A stretch of DNA of 64,000 bases from positions 79,540 to 143,539 of the forward strand of contig JBAZOY010000001.1 in assembly GCA_041648505.1 (NCBI GenBank), given 5' to 3'. The notes under the pieces are model-generated. The model was not told the origin of the DNA and searched no databases. It saw only the letters and a list, made by a program, of their open reading frames with translations. Both the position numbers and the translations under genes were made by a program. Position 1 is the first letter of the stretch. Every line of letters starts with the position of its first letter. Positions 1-7,607 of this stretch are shown here, piece by piece. This stretch comes from Syntrophales bacterium (GTDB taxonomy: Bacteria; Desulfobacterota; Syntrophia; Syntrophales; CG2-30-49-12).

Positions 1-399
1 TCTTGTAGTTATCCACCTCCATGGTTTTACATTCCATACAACGGTCCCATCACCAACTTTATTATCATCTCTCCAGATTGGTTCAGACGTGCCACTTGTA
101 CCTGCGGTAATGCAAGTATAATAACGTCCATTCATGCTTATGGGTAGGACCTTGTCGCCAACACTATAATTCGTTAAACTTTTCCACTTTGGGAATTGAT
201 TATAATCCGCAGTTATATTTGCCATGACTCTGTTCAGATTCGATGATGATCTCAACCATTTGATGGGATCGCTGCTCTTTACTAAAGAGGAGGATAAAAA
301 TGTGATCATCATCGCGCTGAAAATTGCCACGAAAAAGACCGTAATAATAATCTCTATAAGTGTAAATCCCGATTGTCTTATGCAATTTTTACGCTTCAT
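1..399 (-). CDS. Prepilin-type minor pilin/pseudopilin, partial (C-terminus lies beyond the left window edge)
   Basis: My own minus-strand translation from the ATG at 399 gives MKRKNCIRQSGFTLIEIIITVFFVAIFSAMM..., with a class III signal G|FTLIE followed by a hydrophobic helix. The start overlaps the stop of the upstream pilin gene in an ATGA (396-399). It is absent from the ORF track because no stop lies in the window. Confidence 0.75.
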   Translation of the reverse strand, partial: MKRKNCIRQSGFTLIEIIITVFFVAIFSAMMITFLSSSLVKSSDPIKWLRSSSNLNRVMANITADYNQFPKWKSLTNYSVGDKVLPISMNGRYYTCITAGTSGTSEPIWRDDNKVGDGTVVWNVKPWRWITTR

Positions 400-887
400 G
401 GGATAAAACCGGTATTTTTTGTAATGATAATTGTTTTCTTAATGCTCGACTGAGAGAGCTCGAGATTTACGTCGTTTGTTCCCGGCGATCCCCAATCATT
501 AAATACCACCACTGTACCCACCCCTGAGGTTATATTGATTCCTTCCGGGAAGCTGTGTGTCTCAGAAGGGGGAGTTTCGCCGGGGAGATTAAATGCCACT
601 CTTGTCCCTACATCATTACGCCTGTAGAGCGTATATGTTTTTGCGTCGGCTATTTCGAGTTCCCAGCGGGGATTATTATTTGGTTGTAAGGTATCGCCCA
701 TCGCCTTGATCTGTGCAAATCTCAGGTGCGATTTTATAATCCCTTCCTGCGCGATTAAATCCGCATCATTCGTCGAATACCTGTTGACGGCCACAGGGGT
801 AAGAATGGCGAGCAGGATCAATACCACCACAATCTCGATCATGGTGAAGCCGCGCTGATTGATATTACATTTGCAGAATCGTTTCAT
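396..887 (-). CDS. Minor pilin, FimT/GspH-like (prepilin N-terminal methylation domain)
   Basis: N-terminus ...NQRGFTMIEIVVVLILLAIL is a prepilin cleavage/methylation motif. The following LIAQEGIIKSHLRFAQIKA resembles the FimT/GspH helix. The gene is translationally coupled to the next pilin gene. Confidence 0.8.
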   Translation of the reverse strand: MKRFCKCNINQRGFTMIEIVVVLILLAILTPVAVNRYSTNDADLIAQEGIIKSHLRFAQIKAMGDTLQPNNNPRWELEIADAKTYTLYRRNDVGTRVAFNLPGETPPSETHSFPEGINITSGVGTVVVFNDWGSPGTNDVNLELSQSSIKKTIIITKNTGFIP

Positions 888-954
888 GGTCCAGGAGGTA
901 ATTATTCTGTGACGGTTTCAGATTTTTTTCAAAATCCAGATAGCTCAGGCCGGA

Positions 955-1128
955 TTAGCGCAAGATTGAACCGAATGTTCCTGCGGGAATTACCTTCCGC
1001 GGATGAGGAACAATGACAAATCTGTTATTGGGGCGAACTTTTTTGTGGCTTCCGGTATGCCCGGTTTCTACAAATCCATGAGACAATAGAACTGAAATGA
1101 TGTGTTCCGATGAATACCGTTCAGGCAT
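955..1128 (-). CDS. hicA: HicA-family mRNA interferase toxin
   Basis: The sequence from the internal Met, MPERYSSEHIISVLLSHGFVETGHTGSHKKV...VIVPHP.KVIPAGTFGSILR, fits the HicA/YcfA pattern. The start at M30 of the listed ORF overlaps the hicB stop by 8 nt. Confidence 0.8.
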   Translation of the reverse strand: MPERYSSEHIISVLLSHGFVETGHTGSHKKVRPNNRFVIVPHPRKVIPAGTFGSILR

Positions 1129-1333
1129 TGATGAGGGCCTCGCCGACGATGGCGTCTTCAACGGAATGATAGAGCTGCTCGGTGTCTTCATCGGCAAGAT
1201 ATAACGAAACCGCATCCTTCAGGTTTTCAACAGCATCGTCAACAGATGTTCCAAAGCCGGCGATATCTAAATTAAGGCACTGTGAAACACAATACTCCCC
1301 TTCACGGTAAACAACATATTTAAATGATTTCAT
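1121..1333 (-). CDS. hicB: HicB-family antitoxin (UPF0150-like N-terminal domain)
   Basis: 70 aa: MKSFKYVVYREGEYCVSQCLNLDIAGFGTSVDDAVENLKDAV..., typical of the HicB fold. It lies immediately upstream of and overlaps hicA. Confidence 0.75.
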   Translation of the reverse strand: MKSFKYVVYREGEYCVSQCLNLDIAGFGTSVDDAVENLKDAVSLYLADEDTEQLYHSVEDAIVGEALINA

Positions 1334-1763
1334 AATAGCATTCCCTTTTCATCTGATGACAGCAAACTTCCAAAGCAAAATTAATTAACATGCCCGTTAG
1401 ATTATTTAAATTTCATAAGTTTGTCAAATTATTTGGAATGTAAATCCATAAATCATGTATCTTTCTTTTTGACATACTTACATTTTGAAAGAGATTGTTG
1501 CGATTTGCAAGGTTAATTATATCATGGATAAAAAATAAACCTTATCCTGCATTCGCAATGCTCCAAGCCGGATTATAATTCCCAATATCACCGCATGTTC
1601 AGAAATTATCTCCTTTTTTACTCGACACAGGCATTCCCCCTGAGGAACGTTTCGCCAAGGTATAGCGCGTACCCCCATATTAAAAAGTAATAGTTGACCG
1701 CCTTCCGAAAGTTATGTTAAAAATAGATCGAAATTAAAGTCAACCATAATTGGGGGTGATTCA

Positions 1764-2018
1764 ATGAAAACACTGCCACTTTCAGAAGTGAAGATGAAGT
1801 TAAGCGCCCTTGTTGATTTTGTAACCACTTCTGATGAAGAGATCATGATCACAAAAAACGGGCGCCCCGCAGCAATATTAATCAGCCCGGATGAACACGA
1901 AAGCTGGAAGGAAACGCTTGCCGTACGCTCCGATACCATGCTTATGGATGAGATCCGGAACGGCCTTATGCAATTGAAAGATAAAAAAGCGAAACTTTAT
2001 ACACTCGAAGAGCTGTAA
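1764..2018 (+). CDS. Phd/YefM-family antitoxin
   Basis: MKTLPLSEVKMKLSALVDFV...IMITKNGRPAAILISPDEHESWKETL is a Phd/YefM signature. Its stop directly abuts the toxin ATG. Confidence 0.85.
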   Translation: MKTLPLSEVKMKLSALVDFVTTSDEEIMITKNGRPAAILISPDEHESWKETLAVRSDTMLMDEIRNGLMQLKDKKAKLYTLEEL

Positions 2019-2309
2019 ATGAGTGACATATACAGACTCAGGATACCCGACTGCATAGCGGCCACCATTCGTGGGATGCATCCACTGCTGAAAAAGAAGA
2101 TAAAACGATCACTTCAATTTATCTTATCAGAACCGTTTTCAGGAAAAGCTCTAAAAGGCGAACCGGCAGACTTAAGAAGCTACCGCATCAGCCGATTCAG
2201 GGTAATCTATAGAATATCGGGGAAAAAGATCGAAATTGTAGCCATAGGCCCACGGAGCCGCATTTACGAAGAAACATACAGGGAAATCAGAAAAAGCAGA
2301 CAAGATTGA
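2019..2309 (+). CDS. RelE/ParE-family toxin
   Basis: 96 aa with ...LRSYRISRFRVIYRISGKKIEIVAIGPRSRIYE, the RelE/ParE C-terminal pattern. It is paired with the Phd antitoxin. Confidence 0.8.
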   Translation: MSDIYRLRIPDCIAATIRGMHPLLKKKIKRSLQFILSEPFSGKALKGEPADLRSYRISRFRVIYRISGKKIEIVAIGPRSRIYEETYREIRKSRQD

Positions 2310-2357
2310 ATTTTTATCACCCTTCGTAACGGCACACCGGCAGGAGTGTTTCGTTAT

Positions 2358-4331
2358 TCATTCCTGTAATAAATAATCGAAACTTACAGGATTCCGCCCG
2401 GCCGTAGAGATCACTTCGTCCATTCCCTTCAGGGATTTCGCTCTATTGGATTTTATCACTTCACGGTACTTTCCCATCTTCAGGGCCTCATCGAAGTACT
2501 CCATCGCATCCTTTTTTTCTCCCAGATAGTAGTGGGCAATGGCCAGGTTATTAAGCGCCTCCGAATTTTCAGGCAGCAGCGTAATGGCGGTTCTGAAAAA
2601 CCATAAAGCTTCACTGTAATCACCTATCCAGATGAAATAGACGCCAAGATCATTGTAGCCCTTATGGTTAAGAAAATTCAAAACAAGGACGCTTCCAAAC
2701 TGCCTGAGTGCCTCCCGGCCGTCGTTTGCCCTGAAAGCCGTAATCCCTGCCTTAAGGTGTGCGGATTCTTTTTTCATTGAATCCTCTTCCGGTTCGACCA
2801 GTTGTTCAATTCTGAATAACGGGTAGTATTTTTTAACTTTTAGAAGAGTAACGGCAAGGTTTCCCAGGGCCTTTCTATAATCTGGTCTGATCGTGATCGC
2901 CTCATGATAGAGAAATATTGCCTCAATCAAATCGTCCTTTACGATGCAATTAGCCAGGTTATTACGCGCCCAGTAACTGCCGGGATTAACCTTTAAGGCA
3001 TGGGTGTACAATTTAATCCCGTTCTCCCAGGTCTTCGCCTGAACGAAGGTTGTCAGCATAAGCATTACAAGGATAAGGAAAACAGGCAATAGATGAAAAA
3101 ACCTTCTTTCCCGGCGGATAAATATCGCGACGGCCAAAGCCGGTCCCATCATGGAAAAGTAGAGATAGCGATCCGCAACCGTCGAGAACCGCTGAAACAA
3201 AAAAGGAACGATACCGGATACGGGAAGGAAACCCGCCAGAAATATGAGAAAACATGCCAGGTAAAGGGGGCATCTCCGCCGCAGACACCAGAGCGCAACA
3301 AGTAAGCCCAGGGAAACGGTCCAGGAGAGGTATCCCCACCATTGGCTAAGAACAAATTCCGGAGTGCGGGCATAATCAATACCCAGCGATGCGGGATAAA
3401 ATAATTTACCCAGATAAAATGTTGCCGCATCGAAGGCAACAAAAGGTCTCAACCATACAGGCGATATGTATGGCAGCAACTCTGTGCTTTGTACGTGGAT
3501 CGTAACAAGCATTGATAACAGTGAGAGGATAACCCAGGGGATAATGTTCCTCAAGTTGGCTTTATATTCTATCCGGAAAAAGAAGTGATTGATGATGACA
3601 AGAAAGAGGGGAACGACAACACTGACAGGTTTTGCCATGAGGGCAGGAAAGAAACAGGCCAGCGAAAGGCTGTAGTAGAGGTTTTTTAGCCGGTTGTCTT
3701 TAGCCTCCTCTGTTTTCAGGCGCTGATAGATCAGGTAAAGCTGAATGGAGAGGAGGGAAAAAAAACAGGCCAGCAGTGTTCTCAGCTCGGTAATATAAGC
3801 CACGGTTTCCACCTGGACGGGGTGGATGCCAAAAAGTAAAGCACCCAGGAAGGCGGAAAACTTATCTTTAACCAGTGAAGATACGATCAGAAAGATGAGG
3901 ACTGTGTTCAGCAGATGAAGGAAAATATTTATGAGGTGGAATACCCGTGCATGAACGAGATACTCACTGTCCTGGGGCAGATGGTGAGAAACAGAACTCC
4001 ATAATACGGACCATACTGTATAGGTAAGAGGGATATAGAGTTTTAAAAAAGGTTTTTTCCAGTAATTCAGGATGTTTTCAACGCTACCCTCTTTTAGAGG
4101 TTCGTTTTCTGTGATGTTGGGCAGATCATCCCATACAAACGAACTGTTATTAAAGAGCGGGGCATACGAAAGAGATAAAAGGCAGACAATAATTAAGGTT
4201 GATATGGCAAAGCGGAAGGATGGCAAATAAAGCACCTGTTTTACGGAGACAAACCCTTGCCAGCTCTCCCAAGTGTGTCCCCCCCCCATCCACGCGGGGA
4301 GGGGCACAGAAGAAAGGATATTATCCGACAT
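2358..4331 (-). CDS. Multi-TM GT-C-type glycosyltransferase (PMT/ArnT/TMTC-like) with C-terminal TPR repeats
   Basis: About 430 aa of repeated hydrophobic helices, with an acidic FVWDDLPNITENEPL motif in the first loop as in PMT/TMTC enzymes. The C-terminal ~220 aa have TPR-like repeats (YWARNNLANC..., ALNNLAIAHYYLGEKKDAMEYFDEALK). Confidence 0.65.
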   Translation of the reverse strand: MSDNILSSVPLPAWMGGGHTWESWQGFVSVKQVLYLPSFRFAISTLIIVCLLSLSYAPLFNNSSFVWDDLPNITENEPLKEGSVENILNYWKKPFLKLYIPLTYTVWSVLWSSVSHHLPQDSEYLVHARVFHLINIFLHLLNTVLIFLIVSSLVKDKFSAFLGALLFGIHPVQVETVAYITELRTLLACFFSLLSIQLYLIYQRLKTEEAKDNRLKNLYYSLSLACFFPALMAKPVSVVVPLFLVIINHFFFRIEYKANLRNIIPWVILSLLSMLVTIHVQSTELLPYISPVWLRPFVAFDAATFYLGKLFYPASLGIDYARTPEFVLSQWWGYLSWTVSLGLLVALWCLRRRCPLYLACFLIFLAGFLPVSGIVPFLFQRFSTVADRYLYFSMMGPALAVAIFIRRERRFFHLLPVFLILVMLMLTTFVQAKTWENGIKLYTHALKVNPGSYWARNNLANCIVKDDLIEAIFLYHEAITIRPDYRKALGNLAVTLLKVKKYYPLFRIEQLVEPEEDSMKKESAHLKAGITAFRANDGREALRQFGSVLVLNFLNHKGYNDLGVYFIWIGDYSEALWFFRTAITLLPENSEALNNLAIAHYYLGEKKDAMEYFDEALKMGKYREVIKSNRAKSLKGMDEVISTAGRNPVSFDYLLQE

Positions 4332-4346
4332 TGAAGGGTCTTACTT

Positions 4347-4781
4347 TTATTCCGAAACGCTTACTGTCCAGAAGTAAGGCTCGTTGGTCGTGTCATCCGG
4401 TGCGACCCTGGTAAAGGTGACAGTCTTGCCTTTAAAGTCAAATCCAGTAGCGCTCACAATAGAAAGATTGCTGTTCCAGTCTTCTCCCAGTTTTGTATCC
4501 GGCCCGGATACGGTGTCACCATTTCCTGCGGTTAAACTTAAGCCCGGCGCCGGATAGGCGCCGAGGCCATCCTTCAATTTCCACTCCGCGAGTTTCAATC
4601 TTTCCCGGGCACAAAGTTCCGACTTAGCGCCGCCTGACGATTTCTCTATTGCATCCTTGCGCATATCGAGATACTTCGGAATCGCTACCGCCGCCAGAAT
4701 ACCGAGGATAACAAGCACGGCAATAATCTCAATGAGGGTAAAACCTTCTTCATTTTTCATGATCTTTCTTGTTTTAATCAT
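4347..4781 (-). CDS. Type IV pilin (candidate major pilin of the locus)
   Basis: MIKTRKIMKNEEG|FTLIEIIAVLVILGILAAVAIPKYL is a prepilin leader plus conserved N-terminal helix. A GGGAGG RBS lies 7 nt upstream and a sigma-54 promoter lies further upstream. Confidence 0.85.
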   Translation of the reverse strand: MIKTRKIMKNEEGFTLIEIIAVLVILGILAAVAIPKYLDMRKDAIEKSSGGAKSELCARERLKLAEWKLKDGLGAYPAPGLSLTAGNGDTVSGPDTKLGEDWNSNLSIVSATGFDFKGKTVTFTRVAPDDTTNEPYFWTVSVSE

Positions 4782-4831
4782 TTTAAACCTCCCTGAAACG
4801 ATTTTCTTTTCGTTTTTTACTCTAATCTACC

Positions 4832-4846
4832 GCATCTTGCATGCCA
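4832..4846 (-). promoter_or_regulatory. Sigma-54 (-24/-12) promoter for the pilin gene
   Basis: The minus strand reads TGGCAT-GCAAG-ATGC, against the consensus TGGCAC-N5-TTGC, with correct GG/GC spacing. It lies ~50 nt upstream of the pilin ATG. Confidence 0.6.
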
Positions 4847-5004
4847 TACATTAAAGCTAAGGGGACACGGACCACGGAATATATCCCCGTAAAAACATAA
4901 GTATCTGTTAATATTTGATATTTATTTTATAAAAATCTTACTTTGCGATAAAGGACCCGACCTCTGGTAAAGTACGAAGAGCCAGGTTCTTCGTACAATG
5001 ATGG

Positions 5005-6348
5005 TTAATCTACATTTTTTGTAGCTGTTTGTTTGAAAGGATCGGTGTCTATCCCGTATTTTTTGATCCGGTGCCAGAGACTGCGCTGGTTGATGCCGAG
5101 AACTTCGGCAGCCCTTGCCTGAACTCCCGCGGTACGGTTCAGGGCTTCGATGATCAGGCCTTTTTCAACCTCCTCCAAACGTTCATCAATTGTCGTGGAA
5201 TCGGGGAAACCTTCGGAGACCTGGCCGCTCATTGGGCCTATAATATTTGCCGGCAGATGCGACGGCTCGATGAGGCCGTCTTCAGTAAGGACGGCTGACC
5301 TTTCTATGGTATTTTGAAGCTCCCTGATGTTACCCGGCCACGAATACCCGGTAATTACCTGAAGGGCCGGTGGAGATAGTCTGACCGATTCAGATTTTTT
5401 TTCGAGAAAATGTTCTACCAGATAGGGAATATCTTCCCGGCGCTCCCTTAAAGGCGGCAGGTAGATGGAAAAAACATTGATTCGGTAATACAGGTCTTCC
5501 CGAAATAGTCCTTCTTTGACCATCTGGGGAAGGTTCTTGTTCGTCGCCGCGATAAAACGGATATTTACTTTGATTGTCCGGGTTCCCCCCACCCGTTCAA
5601 ACTCTTTTTCCTGCAAGACGCGCAGTATCTTTGCCTGCGTTGTAAGAGGCATGTCACCGATTTCATCTAAAAAAACGGTGCCGCCGTTGGCGGCCTCAAA
5701 TTTGCCGATTTTTTGAGAGATTGCACCGGTAAATGCCCCCTTTTCATAGCCGAACAGTTCACTCTCAAGGAGATTTTCCGGGATTGCCACGCAATTAATT
5801 TTGACAAATGGTTTTCCGCGGCGCAGGCTGTATTCGTAAATACTTGTTGCCACAAGCTCCTTCCCTGTTCCGCTTTCCCCCGATATGAGAACGGTCGAGT
5901 CCGTCGGCGCAACCTTCAGTATCTGCGTGAATATACCTCTCATAACCTTGCTCTGACCGATAATACCCGGGAAAAGTTCCTTTGCCTCAACCTTACTCAG
6001 AATATTTGTGACCTCAATAAATACATCGGAGAAGTGCTCCAGCGTATCTTTTGCCTGTTTTTCTTTTTCCCGTGGTTTCGGAAAGACCGGCAGGCTTTCC
6101 GCCTTTTTTATAAATTTCGTAACCGGTCTCAGCATAATCCACGTAATTATCAGGCCAACAATAAAAGTCAGGAACGCAACGGCAATCTCCCACACCATAA
6201 ATGGCCAGACTTTAACATTTGCAACTCCCCCACTTAGCAGACGGGCAGTAATAATAACCCATAAAAGGGACAGACCGCTGAAAGTGAAGGGAACCAGAAA
6301 ATACAAGCTGACAGGAAAATATTGTTTTCTTATTTTCTTCATTCTCAT
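5005..6348 (-). CDS. Sigma-54-dependent transcriptional activator (bEBP), N-terminally membrane-anchored, no receiver domain
   Basis: AAA+ core with GESGTGKE (Walker A) and the GAFTGA loop, and a C-terminal Fis-type HTH (AAEVLGINQRSLWHRIKKYGI). The N-terminal ~75 aa form two hydrophobic helices. The start overlaps the stop of the platform gene by 1 nt. Confidence 0.85.
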   Translation of the reverse strand: MRMKKIRKQYFPVSLYFLVPFTFSGLSLLWVIITARLLSGGVANVKVWPFMVWEIAVAFLTFIVGLIITWIMLRPVTKFIKKAESLPVFPKPREKEKQAKDTLEHFSDVFIEVTNILSKVEAKELFPGIIGQSKVMRGIFTQILKVAPTDSTVLISGESGTGKELVATSIYEYSLRRGKPFVKINCVAIPENLLESELFGYEKGAFTGAISQKIGKFEAANGGTVFLDEIGDMPLTTQAKILRVLQEKEFERVGGTRTIKVNIRFIAATNKNLPQMVKEGLFREDLYYRINVFSIYLPPLRERREDIPYLVEHFLEKKSESVRLSPPALQVITGYSWPGNIRELQNTIERSAVLTEDGLIEPSHLPANIIGPMSGQVSEGFPDSTTIDERLEEVEKGLIIEALNRTAGVQARAAEVLGINQRSLWHRIKKYGIDTDPFKQTATKNVD

Positions 6349-7577
6349 TATTTAGCCATTTGGGTCAGGTTCCACATGGGTAAAAATATTGCCAGTGCAA
6401 AAAACCCTACTACGGCAGCTAAAGCAACTATCAAAACGGGGCCGATGAGATCTGAAAGTCTCTTTACCGTATAGCTCACCTCATCGTCGTAATGCTCTGT
6501 CACCTGAAGCAACATCTCTTCAATATTCCCTGTTTCTTCCCCAATGGCAACCATGTCTACAACCATGGGGGTAAAGTACTTGGAGGAACCGAGGGGAACG
6601 GCTATACCGCGTCCTTCTTTTATCTGTTCCCGGATCCCGTCGAATTCACGCGCAATGGCCTTATTACCGATGATACTGGACAAGACCGTCATCGCGTTAA
6701 TGACAGGGGTACCGCTGGAATATAACATGCCGAATATACTGGCAAAACGGGACATAGCCGCCTTTATGAACAGGGGGCCTAAAAAGGGAATGCGGAGGAT
6801 TAAAGAATCTTTTATGTATTCTCCCTGTTCTGTTTTGAAAAAGCTTTTTAACCCCACGATCAACGCAATTAAACCAAAGATAAGCAGGTGCCAGTAATGG
6901 AATAAAAACTGATAGAGCATTATGGCGATCTGAGTCGGAATAGGAAGGGTAAGGCCGGACTTGGAAAACATCGACGCAAATTTTGGCACGACAAAGGTAA
7001 GCAGAACAAAAAAAGCAATGGTTAAAGTGATGCAGACGACCATAGGATATTGCAGGGCGGATTTGATATCGGACTTAATCTTTCCTTCATGTTCAATAAT
7101 ATATATAAGACGGTCAAGCGCCTCCGGGACAGTGCCGCTCATCTCTCCCGCTTTGATCATGCTGCGATAGAGCGGTGAGAATATGGTCCCATGCCTGTTC
7201 ATGGCCGCAGACAGCCCTGATCCGCTTTTGATATCCTGGGAAATTACAGAGATGGCGGCTTTTAGGGTACGATCCTCTGTCTGGGCCTCCAGGACCTGAA
7301 AAGACCTTACCAGGGGCACTCCTGCTTTGAACAGAGAGCGGAACTGTTTTGTAAAGATAATTAAATCGGTTATCCCTACAGGGCTTAGTTTCTGATTGAG
7401 TCTCTGCCACCATCCGGCTTGTGAAGCCGCCCCCACTGTTTTTTTCTCCGTCACCTTAGAGGGGATATATCCCCTGTCGGCAAGCATACCCGCCGCTATC
7501 TCGGCGGATTCAGCCTCTATGTCGCCGGTGATAAAACCTCCCTGTTCGTTTATGGCTTTGTAAAAATAGTTAGGCAT
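6348..7577 (-). CDS. pilC: Type II secretion F-family / type IV pilus platform protein (PilC/MshG-like)
   Basis: 409 aa with a duplicated GspF-type domain and 3 TM segments. It sits directly downstream of the pilus ATPase. Confidence 0.9.
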   Translation of the reverse strand: MPNYFYKAINEQGGFITGDIEAESAEIAAGMLADRGYIPSKVTEKKTVGAASQAGWWQRLNQKLSPVGITDLIIFTKQFRSLFKAGVPLVRSFQVLEAQTEDRTLKAAISVISQDIKSGSGLSAAMNRHGTIFSPLYRSMIKAGEMSGTVPEALDRLIYIIEHEGKIKSDIKSALQYPMVVCITLTIAFFVLLTFVVPKFASMFSKSGLTLPIPTQIAIMLYQFLFHYWHLLIFGLIALIVGLKSFFKTEQGEYIKDSLILRIPFLGPLFIKAAMSRFASIFGMLYSSGTPVINAMTVLSSIIGNKAIAREFDGIREQIKEGRGIAVPLGSSKYFTPMVVDMVAIGEETGNIEEMLLQVTEHYDDEVSYTVKRLSDLIGPVLIVALAAVVGFFALAIFLPMWNLTQMAK

Positions 7578-7607
7578 AATTAACGTCCCTGCTCCCTGAC
7601 CGCTCTT

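Noticed and set aside
5713-6237. 174-aa plus-strand ORF, and similar long antisense ORFs at 37751-38407, 54937-55509 and 59209-59976
   Set aside because: Each lies fully inside and antisense to a strongly supported gene (the sigma-54 activator, aroC, iorA and the FeS oxidoreductase). None has independent support.
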